Translations under genes and position numbers: made by a program
Part shown: positions 1-8,408 of the stretch, piece after piece
How the letters are laid out: every line of letters begins with the position of its first letter
Numbering within the stretch: the stretch's first letter is position 1
Source: a virus
IMG/VR virus record: IMGVR_UViG_3300037313_001510
Length of the DNA: 53,689 nucleotides
Direction: 5' to 3' (one strand)
Notes under the pieces: model-generated
Databases searched by the model: none
What the model saw: only the letters and a program-made list of their open reading frames with translations
Told to the model about the DNA's origin: nothing

Positions 1-127
1 CGCCTTCGCATTGAGCAAAGAGGATGCCGGCAAGGCCATCTATTGGCGCGAGATGGATGCCAGAAAGAACGCGGTCCAGATGACGGCGCGTTGCCACTTC
101 TCGGCCAAGGCCCTGCACCAGAAGCAT
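1..127. repeat. Left copy of 127-bp exact terminal duplication (circular overlap)
   Basis: Base-for-base identical to 53563..53689 (checked by eye). Confidence 0.95.
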
Positions 128-379
128 ATGGATGATCAGTTGGCGATGCTGGCCTCGGTCGGTGTTGACTTCGACGCTCTGCCATCATTCTTCCGGCGAG
201 GAACGCTGATCAAGCGGGTGACAACCGTTCGCGAGATGACCGAACAGGAGTTGGCTCGCATACCCGAACAGTACCGACCAGTCGGGCCCATAGAGCGCAC
301 CGATGTCGTTGAGGTGCCGATGCCCGATCTGCGCGGCGCCGACGACAAGAGCGCGTTGCTCCTCCCCGCTATCGCTTAA
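2..379 (+). CDS. Thg1-like protein (TLP, 3'-5' nucleotidyltransferase family), C-terminal part; the 5' part is 53159..53689
   Basis: The frame continues from the window end through the 127-bp overlap. The joined product is about 260 aa, with stop TAA at 377-379. Confidence 0.8.
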   Translation, partial: AFALSKEDAGKAIYWREMDARKNAVQMTARCHFSAKALHQKHMDDQLAMLASVGVDFDALPSFFRRGTLIKRVTTVREMTEQELARIPEQYRPVGPIERTDVVEVPMPDLRGADDKSALLLPAIA

Positions 380-623
380 ACGGGCTCGTCAGATCGCCAG
401 TCGGCCGCTGGTCCACATGAATGGTGATGCCGACGTTCTTGGAGCCGCAGACGGAGCATTTGAGCAGCGGGACCAGGCTATCGTGCATCGTCCCATGATC
501 CGGCCCGAGCTTGGCCTTCAGCGCCACCAGATCGAGTTCGCGGCTTGGGCTATAGCAAGTCGGCGACTGACAGTGCGCCATGATGCGCTCGCCGCGGTCG
601 ATGCGCTCCTGGATGGTGCTCAC
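369..623 (-). CDS. Hypothetical Cys-rich protein (possible zinc ribbon), 84 aa
   Basis: Cys pairs HCQSPTC ... CSVCG. ATGA overlap with the upstream gene 620..802. Confidence 0.55.
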   Translation of the reverse strand: MSTIQERIDRGERIMAHCQSPTCYSPSRELDLVALKAKLGPDHGTMHDSLVPLLKCSVCGSKNVGITIHVDQRPTGDLTSPFKR

Positions 624-802
624 AGATCACCCCTGCCCGGCGGGATGACTTCCAGCTTACAGCGTTGCCCGTCCTGCTCGAGCGATCCCACCAGATAATT
701 CGCCTCGTCGCGATCCTTCGTCCTGAGCAGGATGCGGATCAGGTTCTGGCCGCTCTTCTGCTTCTCGACAATGCTGACTTGGTAGATCGTGCCTTCGCTC
801 AT
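620..802 (-). CDS. Hypothetical small protein, 60 aa
   Basis: Start reset to ATG 802 (MSEGTIYQ...). No SD is present. TATATC (815-810) lies 7 nt upstream of the ATG, which suggests a leaderless transcript. Confidence 0.5.
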   Translation of the reverse strand: MSEGTIYQVSIVEKQKSGQNLIRILLRTKDRDEANYLVGSLEQDGQRCKLEVIPPGRGDL

Positions 803-834
803 GCGAGCGGATATAGCGTGGCCCCAGACGCACG

Positions 835-870
835 AAAAGGCCCGCGCATCCCCGAAGGAACACGCGGGCC
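835..870 (-). terminator. Rho-independent terminator ending the late/lysis operon
   Basis: 8-bp GC stem GGCCCGCG/CGCGGGCC (839-846 and 863-870), followed on the - strand by UUUU (838-835). It lies 32 nt after the stop of 902..1432. Confidence 0.7.
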
Positions 871-901
871 GAGGCAAGCGCATGGCGGCGCTTGGGAGGT
901 T

Positions 902-1432
902 CTAAGGGTCTGGCGTTAACGGTGCGACCGCGACCGGCGCCGGCGTGATCATGAAGCGCACAGGCGGCGCATCGACCACGATGGGGTAGGCCAGTTTCTG
1001 GAGAATGTTGCAGGTGTACGTGAAACGCGCGTCGTAGCGCGCCGGGCCTACTGAGGCCGCCAGGGGCACGGTGATCGAGCGATGATAGGTTTCGCGACCC
1101 TCCGGCGGATAGCCCTCGATCAGGGCCTGCTTGCCTACCGTATAGGTCGACGGGACATGCACGTTGCCGTCGACGTCGGTGATGTAGCGCTCGACGCTGG
1201 CCGTGCAGACGCGGTTCTGGACGACCGTGTATTGGACATCGAGAACGCCGCCCTGTGGCACTTCAGCCGTCAGGGCCGTGGCGACTTCGAACACGGTCGG
1301 AGGATCACGATCCAGCATCGACGATATCGCTGCGGCAATGCCGACGCCGGCCAGACAGGCCAGGATGAAGATTGTGGCCGACGGCGCGTCCATCTTGTGC
1401 CGGAAGGATTCCCACGACCGCCATAGCCTCAT
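902..1432 (-). CDS. Membrane-anchored protein of unknown function, 176 aa
   Basis: Start reset to ATG 1432 (MRLWRS...), giving an ATGA overlap with 1429..1758. N-terminal TM helix IFILACLAGVGIAAAISS. Confidence 0.6.
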   Translation of the reverse strand: MRLWRSWESFRHKMDAPSATIFILACLAGVGIAAAISSMLDRDPPTVFEVATALTAEVPQGGVLDVQYTVVQNRVCTASVERYITDVDGNVHVPSTYTVGKQALIEGYPPEGRETYHRSITVPLAASVGPARYDARFTYTCNILQKLAYPIVVDAPPVRFMITPAPVAVAPLTPDP

Positions 1433-1758
1433 GGCTTGCTCCCGGACGACGCGAAGTAGGCGAGCACCTGGTTGATCGCCACCAGCGTCCCCGCCACCAG
1501 AAGCAGCAGCTTGGTCGAGGTCCGCGCGATCCAGCTTACCTTGGTCCACAGTTCGACGACCTGGAACCCGGCCTGGAACTTCTCCTTTTCCAGCGCCAGG
1601 AAGAGGTCGAGGCGATGGCGCTTTTCCTGCGACAGCTTGCCGGCCCACATAAGAGCCATTCGTTCTTCGGTGTTCAGGCGATCCAGCCATAGGATGGTGT
1701 CCTCATCGAGGTCGATCAGCCGGCGCGGTAGCTTTCGCTCTTCATCGTCATCGGCCAT
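1429..1758 (-). CDS. Membrane protein of unknown function, 109 aa
   Basis: Acidic N-terminus and C-terminal TM helix LLLLVAGTLVAINQVLAYF. Lies downstream of the spanin genes. Confidence 0.6.
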   Translation of the reverse strand: MADDDEERKLPRRLIDLDEDTILWLDRLNTEERMALMWAGKLSQEKRHRLDLFLALEKEKFQAGFQVVELWTKVSWIARTSTKLLLLVAGTLVAINQVLAYFASSGSKP

Positions 1759-1802
1759 TCTTTGTCACCCGCCCATGCACTGCTATGTGAATTGCATGCC
1801 GC

Positions 1803-1952
1803 TCAGTATCTCACGACGCCGAGAAGCAAGAGCACGATCAGGATGATGACGATCGCGATGTTGAGGGCCGGCTGCGGCAGGCGTGAACCCGCGAGCTTGT
1901 CGCCGAAATAGACGATCAGGACGATGAGCAATACATCGAAACGCTGCAGCAT
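1803..1952 (-). CDS. Small two-TM membrane protein, 49 aa
   Basis: Below the ORF-track cutoff. ATG at 1952 is preceded by GGAGAAG. Translation MLQRFDVLLIVLIVYFG...IAIVIILIVLLLLGVVRY, stop at 1803-1805. Confidence 0.45.
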   Translation of the reverse strand: MLQRFDVLLIVLIVYFGDKLAGSRLPQPALNIAIVIILIVLLLLGVVRY

Positions 1953-1975
1953 GGGTCTTCTCCGTCAGTTGAGTC

Positions 1976-2287
1976 TCAGGGCAATGAGGCGGGCGCCTGG
2001 TTGTCCCATTCGATGATCTTGTCCACCTGAGCCGAGCACTTGATCAACCCAGCCTCGTTGATGTCGCCGCGGTCGAGCAGGTCGCCGGCGGATTTGGCGC
2101 CGCGCAAACGATCACCAGCAACAGCACCCTGCTTCGTCCATATCTTCTGGCATTTGCGCTTCAGCACCGCCGGGATATGCCGCTCGACGGGCCGAAGTTC
2201 AGTGATGACCTGCGGCTTTGGATTCGTCGTACAGGCTGAGCAAATCAGCAGGGATAGGAGTGCTGAGAAAATCGTTGACCGTCGCAT
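1976..2287 (-). CDS. o-spanin candidate (Rz1-like lipoprotein)
   Basis: Signal peptide with lipobox-like LICSAC, then a Pro-rich mature end. The start lies inside the i-spanin gene in another frame (overlapped architecture). Confidence 0.6.
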   Translation of the reverse strand: MRRSTIFSALLSLLICSACTTNPKPQVITELRPVERHIPAVLKRKCQKIWTKQGAVAGDRLRGAKSAGDLLDRGDINEAGLIKCSAQVDKIIEWDNQAPASLP

Positions 2288-2585
2288 TGTGCGCCCTCAA
2301 GTCGGAAAGCTTGGTTGCCACGTCCAGAGTGGACTGGTTCGCGGTGTCGATCTGATCCTGAAGCTCGGAGACCAGCTTGTCGGACCTGGCCGCGTCGGCT
2401 TCCGCCTTGAGCCTGGCTGCTTCATTGTTCTTGTTGGTGGTGACGGCCAGATCGCGATCGCGGACAGCGGCATCGCGCGCGACAAGTGCATCTCGCGCCG
2501 CGACCTTGTAGTGATAGGCGACCAGCCCAAGGCCCATGAAGGCGATGATGACGGCGCCCAGGATGATGAGACGAGCCTGGATCAT
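2199..2585 (-). CDS. i-spanin candidate (Rz-like)
   Basis: N-terminal TM helix LIILGAVIIAFMGLGLVAY plus a charged coiled-coil-like periplasmic domain. ATGA overlap with 2582..2716. Confidence 0.65.
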   Translation of the reverse strand: MIQARLIILGAVIIAFMGLGLVAYHYKVAARDALVARDAAVRDRDLAVTTNKNNEAARLKAEADAARSDKLVSELQDQIDTANQSTLDVATKLSDLRAHNATVNDFLSTPIPADLLSLYDESKAAGHH

Positions 2586-2716
2586 GCCCACACCATGTAG
2601 ATCGCGGCGGCAATGGCGAGCATGACCAGATAGGGCACGCTGCGCTCGAACAGGTAGACCAGCCCGTAGGCGCCGATCCTGCCCCAGAAATCTGGATTGT
2701 TGCCGCCACCACCCAT
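2582..2716 (-). CDS. Small membrane protein, 44 aa, between endolysin and spanins
   Basis: MGGGGNNPDFWGRIGAYGLVYLFERSVPYLVMLAIAAAIYMVWA. The start codon overlaps the endolysin stop (TGATG). Confidence 0.45.
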   Translation of the reverse strand: MGGGGNNPDFWGRIGAYGLVYLFERSVPYLVMLAIAAAIYMVWA

Positions 2717-3297
2717 CAGATGCCGCTCACGCAAAGCTCGGCCTCGCCGATGCGGCCGGCGTCGCCCATCTCGCGGCGCTTGACCAGGCCGATGACCACG
2801 CGGCCGCCGGCTTTGTTGAACGCGGTCGCCGCGATGCAGCTGTCGTGGAACATGTTTCGGATGCCGAAGTCCGCCGCGCGGGAGTTGCAGGCCGCGCGGG
2901 AGCCGATGTTCCAAGCCAGGCTGTCCATCATGGCCCGCCACGAGATCGGTTTGCTGTTGAAGCCGGGGATGCATTTAACCAGCGCTGGCCGGAATTCCTG
3001 CGTCATGCGCCTTTCCAGGCGGGCCTTGCAGCCCTTCGGCGTCTCGACCATGCCGGGCTTCACGTTCTGCGTATCGCCGGCGCAGATGGTCCAGATCGGC
3101 GGATCGGCCACGCGGTCGAGGTAGGCCTTCAGCACCTCGCCTTCCCAGGGGTTGACCAGGTAGTCCGAGGCCAGCACGACGTCATCCGGCGTGCCGTTGA
3201 TGTAGCGGACGCCGCCGATGACGACGGCGACCATCGCCATGACTGCGGCAATTGCGTTGCCGGCACGACGGCTGGGCCGGATGCTATTGATCGGCAT
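2716..3297 (-). CDS. SAR-type endolysin, T4-lysozyme-like (GH24)
   Basis: Catalytic signature WEGEVLKAYLDRVADPPIWTICAGDT (E..D..T). Gly/Ala-rich weakly hydrophobic N-terminal helix AIAAVMAMVAVVIGGV. Confidence 0.85.
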   Translation of the reverse strand: MPINSIRPSRRAGNAIAAVMAMVAVVIGGVRYINGTPDDVVLASDYLVNPWEGEVLKAYLDRVADPPIWTICAGDTQNVKPGMVETPKGCKARLERRMTQEFRPALVKCIPGFNSKPISWRAMMDSLAWNIGSRAACNSRAADFGIRNMFHDSCIAATAFNKAGGRVVIGLVKRREMGDAGRIGEAELCVSGI

Positions 3298-3538
3298 CGG
3301 TGTCTCCTGAAATGCTTTTTTGCTTTGTGACGCGCAGCACCGGCACGATCGCCGCCGCGATGCCAGCCGCGGCCGTCAGCACGCCATTGGCGACGATGAG
3401 CTGACGCGACGGGTACATCTGCGTGATGGTGTAGAAGTAGAGGCTGGTCGCGATGCCGCTGAGGATGGCGGCGGCGATGCCGGCCCAGACCGCCCAGCTT
3501 CGAAAGAGGACGGTCCGCCAGTTTTCAACAAGGCGCAT
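3284..3538 (-). CDS. Holin candidate (two TM helices, pinholin-like)
   Basis: 84 aa, two hydrophobic helices and a charged C-terminus. Lies immediately upstream of the endolysin and overlaps it by 14 nt. Confidence 0.65.
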   Translation of the reverse strand: MRLVENWRTVLFRSWAVWAGIAAAILSGIATSLYFYTITQMYPSRQLIVANGVLTAAAGIAAAIVPVLRVTKQKSISGDTDADQ

Positions 3539-3593
3539 GGAAGTGCTTTCCGTGATCGCGGAAGTTGCAGTTTCAGATTTTGCGGAAATCGAC

Positions 3594-4580
3594 CTAGGCG
3601 GTGGGCGACACGCGCCGGGAGCCGAGGGACCGAATAGGCTTTTCGATCAGCTCATAGGACGCGCAGGCAATCAGCCAGGAGGACGCGCTGACGAAAATGA
3701 AGAGCGGAAGTGGCGAGACCTTGCCGGCCAGCACCAACACAATCGGATAGTGCCAAAGATAGATCGAGTAGGAAATCTCACCCGTATAAGCCAGTTGACG
3801 GGGCAAGAGCCCGGAATTTCGCGCCATAGCCGAGATCAGAACAGCGGCCAACAGATCGACCGCAAGAGGCGTGACTGTGAGCGTACTCGCCGAATAGAAC
3901 GGAGCCAAAGCAGCGATGACGATCAACGCCGCACCCGCCACGAATGCCCACCTTCTTGCGACCGCGAACGCCGCGAAAGCGCCGGCCGAGCCAATGGCCA
4001 GTCCGCTCAGATTGGTGTCGAAGCGATAGAAGGTCCGATAAAAATCGGACCAGATCAGTGCATCGGACCACCGCCATGCCGTTGCCAAAAACCAGAATGC
4101 CACCAGGATCAGGAACGCTTGACGACGCGGAAGACGTGCCAGCACCAGGATCGCCAGCGGCCAAACCAGATAGAAATGCTCCTCGACCGCAAGGCTCCAT
4201 GTGTGGATGAGGAAAAACGGCTCCTGCCAGAACGCTACCGAATAGTCGGATAGATATAGGCCCGCCAGGAGCACGTCGCGCGCTGCGTTGGTTACTGGGA
4301 AGACGAACGGCGAGACGAGCGCATAGGCGGCCAGCATCAACATCAGCGGCGGCCATAGGCGCCCGGCGCGTCGAAAATAGAACCTGACGAGATCGATGCC
4401 GCCGGTGCGGTCGAATTCTCCCAGCAAGTGGCCGGTGATTAAATAGCCCGACAGGACGAAGAACACCTCGACGCCAATCCATCCGCCTGCCGAGGCAAAC
4501 GGCAGGTGGTGGCAATGAAACGCCACGACCGAATACGCGGCTACCGCCCGAAGTCCGTCGAAAGACCTGTTACGGTCCAT
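3594..4580 (-). CDS. Acyltransferase family 3 integral membrane protein (O-antigen/polysaccharide O-acetyltransferase-like)
   Basis: N-terminal FDGLRAVAAYSVVAFH motif, VFFVLSGYLIT, and about 10 predicted TM helices. Confidence 0.8.
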   Translation of the reverse strand: MDRNRSFDGLRAVAAYSVVAFHCHHLPFASAGGWIGVEVFFVLSGYLITGHLLGEFDRTGGIDLVRFYFRRAGRLWPPLMLMLAAYALVSPFVFPVTNAARDVLLAGLYLSDYSVAFWQEPFFLIHTWSLAVEEHFYLVWPLAILVLARLPRRQAFLILVAFWFLATAWRWSDALIWSDFYRTFYRFDTNLSGLAIGSAGAFAAFAVARRWAFVAGAALIVIAALAPFYSASTLTVTPLAVDLLAAVLISAMARNSGLLPRQLAYTGEISYSIYLWHYPIVLVLAGKVSPLPLFIFVSASSWLIACASYELIEKPIRSLGSRRVSPTA

Positions 4581-4611
4581 ACAGTGGAAGCCCTCCCCGC
4601 CTCCACCCTAG

Positions 4612-6225
4612 TTAGCTGACGGCGTAAAAGCCAGTCTGCATCCACGACGCATATTCTGCGGCAAGCCACGCTGCGGAGAGTTCTCCATTGCGCAGATAGA
4701 TCATCCCTAGATCACCCTGAAAGATTTCGCCGCCAGATGATGGAGTTCCCGACCCGATGACGAAAGCATCGCCGTTTGCTCCAGGCCTTGCCGCATTGCC
4801 GGTATGGGTTCCGCGCAACACCCCGTCCTTGTAGATCTTTCGATAGGTCGTCCCATTGTAGACTTCATGCCCTCGATGCAGCCCATTGGCCTGGCCGCCA
4901 TCGCTGCTGTCGAGCCAGCTATCGGTGGAGTTCCATATCCCGTAATTGTTCGTTGCGCCGCGGTCGAGCAAGGTTGCCCTATTACTGCTGTCGCTAGAGT
5001 TGTCCGTATATGAGACCATCGACATATTGCTGCCGCTGGCAGACGGATTCGACGAGGCCCCAGCGGTCCAGGTGGTCCGCTTTGTAAGCCCGGTCACATA
5101 GAGATACCCGGTCGCATTGATGAGGTGAGCCCAGCCATTCGAAGCGAAGCTTACGCCGGTTCCGGAAATGGCAGCATCATGTCCAGACCCATTGCGGTTG
5201 GTGAGTCCGTTGATGATGACGACATCGTAATCTGCCCAGACCGCGTTCCGCCCATAGGTATCGGTCGCGGGCAACAGGTTGAGGCTCGAATCCCCATACT
5301 TGATCTTGAAGACCGTGTTCGATGCCGTCGCCACGTTCATTTTGACGAACAGTTCGCCGGTGTTGCCGGTCTTGTCGAACACCGTCAGATCGAAGGGCAG
5401 TTGCGTCGTGCCGTCGGCCGCGTAAGCACGTATGTCGCCACCGTCCGACTTGACCGCGCTCCAGAACCCGGACGGCATATCCGCCAGATTTACTCGAACC
5501 GGGAAATTGGTGAGGTCGGAACTGACATTTCCGGACGCGATGGTAATCGTCGATGTGAAGCCAACTGGTGCGGCCGCATCGGCGAACTGGTCAATGACGA
5601 TCGAGAACGGCCCGGCATCGGCGTTGTTGAACCAGAGCGCAATGCCGAAGGTGGTGACAGAGGACACGTTGGAGAATGGCGACGGTGTGACGCCGGTGAA
5701 CTCATCGGTCCAGGTTGAACCATCGGGACTGGTCTGGAACTTGTAGGTTGCGCCGTCGGCGGAAACGACCAGGCGAATCCAGTTCGGGCCGGCCTGCGTG
5801 CCATTGGCGGAAGCGCCGCCATCAGATGTGGTATGCCCGGTCTGGGCATTCCAGCCGTTCGGCGGTGTCCCGTAGACCTCATACTTGTGCAGCCCGGTCG
5901 AGCCATCCCCCCTGAGCCCGACGATGTGGAAGTCGTTGTTGTTCTTCAGCCCAAAGCCGACCATTGCCAGCTTGCCCTGCTGGGCGAGTTGCTGGAACTG
6001 CGGCGTGTAGCGGAAGGTGTATTGCCGGCCGGCGGCAATGGTCGCCAGCGGATAGACGAACTTGCCGAATGATCCAGCCTTGACCTTGCCCTTGATGGTC
6101 GTGTTGCCGGAGGCGGTCGTGGTGACGACGGGCTGGTCGACGAAGCCGCCATCGCTCGAGCCGCCGCCGCCGCCAGCGACAATGGCGGCGCCAGGGCCAG
6201 ATCGCCCGATCATGTGGGGAAACAT
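4612..6225 (-). CDS. Tail fibre / receptor-binding candidate with DUF2341-like and LamG (ConA-like) domains, 537 aa
   Basis: Central segment FPVRVNL...GGDIRAY..DGTTQLPFDL...ELFVKM...IKYGD resembles DUF2341. The C-terminal segment GDAFVIG...FQGDLGMIYLRNGELSAAWLAAEY resembles a LamG jelly roll. It is the last structural gene. Confidence 0.65.
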   Translation of the reverse strand: MFPHMIGRSGPGAAIVAGGGGGSSDGGFVDQPVVTTTASGNTTIKGKVKAGSFGKFVYPLATIAAGRQYTFRYTPQFQQLAQQGKLAMVGFGLKNNNDFHIVGLRGDGSTGLHKYEVYGTPPNGWNAQTGHTTSDGGASANGTQAGPNWIRLVVSADGATYKFQTSPDGSTWTDEFTGVTPSPFSNVSSVTTFGIALWFNNADAGPFSIVIDQFADAAAPVGFTSTITIASGNVSSDLTNFPVRVNLADMPSGFWSAVKSDGGDIRAYAADGTTQLPFDLTVFDKTGNTGELFVKMNVATASNTVFKIKYGDSSLNLLPATDTYGRNAVWADYDVVIINGLTNRNGSGHDAAISGTGVSFASNGWAHLINATGYLYVTGLTKRTTWTAGASSNPSASGSNMSMVSYTDNSSDSSNRATLLDRGATNNYGIWNSTDSWLDSSDGGQANGLHRGHEVYNGTTYRKIYKDGVLRGTHTGNAARPGANGDAFVIGSGTPSSGGEIFQGDLGMIYLRNGELSAAWLAAEYASWMQTGFYAVS

Positions 6226-7268
6226 CAGGCGGCTCCCTGGAAGCCTTCGGCGGTCAAGGTGAAAGTGGTGGAGTTGGCCGACGGGGTGAAGGCGTCAAGC
6301 GTCTGCAGCAGCGCAAACACCGTCTTGGCACTTGTGACGGGTGCAGTGATGATGCGCGTTCCCTCATCAGGGACGCAGACCGCACCGGCGCCATCGGAAA
6401 AGGCGCGGAAGGTGCCGGACATCGATCCGATGAACCCGGCCTGCTTCTGGCTCCATGCGGCGTTATCGCCGCCGCCTACACCGGAGTTCGCGGTCGGATC
6501 GGAATTGAACAGCCAGACGCGGAAGTTCTTGCCCTGCACACCGGTGTCAGTCGAGAGAATGCGGATGCGCTCGAGCGTGACCAGATCATCATTGACGTCA
6601 GACAGACTGAGGCTGATCGCCGTTACTGACCCAGCCGTGGCATTGTTCGAGACCGCATCGTTGGCAGTATAGGCCGTAGTATTGGCCGGGCGGGTATAGG
6701 CGGAAGCCGCAGCGACGATGAACTTGGTCTTGACCTTGCCGATCAGCGCCGTGCCGGCCGGCAGGCCGACATCGGTAGCCAGTGTGGTACGCAAGGCCGC
6801 TGCTGCCGTGCCGGTGCCGAGAGCATCAACCCAACGCTTCACCAAGCCGCGCAGATATTGCTGCACGGTGCCGTTGGCATCGGTGATGACGGCGGCACCA
6901 GTGGTCGCGCCAAGCGTCGCCACTGCCGGATCGTCAGATGCGTGTGTGACGCGCTGCGCCGCAGCAGCTGTGCCGGCGCCGAATACCATCAACTGAACCG
7001 AGGCGCTGATCTGCTTCCAGATCGAAATGCCGCTGGCGGACGTGGCATCGGTCGCCGTGCTTTTGGCATCCGTCGGCTCGCCGATCGGGATCAGGCCTGT
7101 TGCACTGCGGACCTGGACAGGCAACGGCTTGCCGGAGGCGATGTCGACATCGTTGCCGGTGCCGTCCGGGCCCCACGTCGCCTTGACGCGCTGATGGAGA
7201 GCGCCGCCGACATCGTCGGCAGCGATGGTGGTGCCTGCGCCTTGGGTGATTGCAACATTGTCAGCCAT
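6225..7268 (-). CDS. Tail fibre / tail-tip associated protein, 347 aa
   Basis: Ala/Thr/Gly-rich fibre-like composition. Coupled to the downstream fibre gene (TGATG). Confidence 0.5.
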   Translation of the reverse strand: MADNVAITQGAGTTIAADDVGGALHQRVKATWGPDGTGNDVDIASGKPLPVQVRSATGLIPIGEPTDAKSTATDATSASGISIWKQISASVQLMVFGAGTAAAAQRVTHASDDPAVATLGATTGAAVITDANGTVQQYLRGLVKRWVDALGTGTAAAALRTTLATDVGLPAGTALIGKVKTKFIVAAASAYTRPANTTAYTANDAVSNNATAGSVTAISLSLSDVNDDLVTLERIRILSTDTGVQGKNFRVWLFNSDPTANSGVGGGDNAAWSQKQAGFIGSMSGTFRAFSDGAGAVCVPDEGTRIITAPVTSAKTVFALLQTLDAFTPSANSTTFTLTAEGFQGAA

Positions 7269-7269
7269 G

Positions 7270-7398
7270 TCAGGAAGCCTTTGTCAGGATGAGGAGGAGG
7301 CCGATCGGCTGGCCGGCGGTGGACGAGCCGGAGGCGGCCGCGCCCTGCGCGGAGCCCTGGACGCCAAGCCCAAGGCCGAGACGATTGAAGCCGGCCAT
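7270..7398 (-). CDS. Possible small ORF, 42 aa
   Basis: MAGFNRLGLGLGVQGS...LLLILTKAS fills the gap between two coupled genes. There is no independent support. Confidence 0.25.
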   Translation of the reverse strand: MAGFNRLGLGLGVQGSAQGAAASGSSTAGQPIGLLLILTKAS

Positions 7399-7688
7399 CA
7401 GGAAGCCGCCTTCACTTTCACCTTCTCGCCGTCGGCGATGCCGAAGGTGTAGGGAACGTTGGCCTTGAGCTTGCGGACGTCGATGCCGTCGACATCCGGC
7501 GAGGCACCGACAGCAACCCAGCAGTCGGCGTCGGCCAGGAGTTCGACGATCGTCTCCCCCGAGGCTGTCAGGCCGCCCGTATTCGGTATGGTGATGGATT
7601 CCGTCCTGCAGCCGGACCCTTTTGCCACGGGCGGATCGTAATCGCGCGTCGCATCGATGCGCGAAAGGGTGACGACGAGCGTAGCCAT
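7398..7688 (-). CDS. Hypothetical virion-module protein, 96 aa
   Basis: ORF in the tail-tip gene series with high third-position GC. Confidence 0.5.
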   Translation of the reverse strand: MATLVVTLSRIDATRDYDPPVAKGSGCRTESITIPNTGGLTASGETIVELLADADCWVAVGASPDVDGIDVRKLKANVPYTFGIADGEKVKVKAAS

Positions 7689-7721
7689 CGGCGGTTTCCT
7701 TGTTCAGAAGTTTGGAGCAGA

Positions 7722-8408
7722 TCAGGCGGTGAGCGCCGGCAGATCGGTTGGATCGAGCGCCGGGTAGAAGGTAATCGACTTGATATAGGTCTGGAACAGT
7801 TGCCTGCCGTCGGCGGCGCCGTCCCAGCCGATCTGCGCCGCGCTCATGGTCGCCGCGGCATAATTCACGGTCTGCGTCACCGCTGCGTTGCCGTCATGGC
7901 ACCAGGCATATTCGTGGTCGCCGCCGCCGACGTCGCGGTTGAAGGTGAGCGCTATTTTGTGGGCGCCGGCACCGCTGATCGTGGCGGTTATGCCAAGCGA
8001 ATTGTCATCGTCGATGTCGCCGTCGATATAGGCCTGGTTCCAGAAGCTCGATGAATTGAAGTCGGCGTCGACGCCGATATAGATCAGGCAACCGCCGAGC
8101 GAGCTCGCGGTGGTGACGTCGAAGACCAGCGTCATGCCGGCGGCGACGCCCGCCACCAGCCTGGTCAAAAGCACGCCGATCGGCGTCGGCCGGTTCGAGT
8201 TCGAGGAATTGACGTACATGCCCGAGGCGGAAATTTCTCCGCTGTCGAAGCCGCCGCCGAGCATGGTGCCGATCTCGCGCAACTGGTTGGCGAGGTAATA
8301 CTGATCGTTGGCGAAATCGAGCATGCCGTCCGCGTCGCTCGGCACCCAGACGGGCCTGCCGGACGACGTGCCCGAGGGCGAAAGCTGGGCGACGGTTCCG
8401 GGCATCAT
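7722..8408 (-). CDS. Hypothetical tail-tip protein, 228 aa
   Basis: ATGA-coupled to 8405..9148. Beta-rich composition. Confidence 0.55.
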   Translation of the reverse strand: MMPGTVAQLSPSGTSSGRPVWVPSDADGMLDFANDQYYLANQLREIGTMLGGGFDSGEISASGMYVNSSNSNRPTPIGVLLTRLVAGVAAGMTLVFDVTTASSLGGCLIYIGVDADFNSSSFWNQAYIDGDIDDDNSLGITATISGAGAHKIALTFNRDVGGGDHEYAWCHDGNAAVTQTVNYAAATMSAAQIGWDGAADGRQLFQTYIKSITFYPALDPTDLPALTA

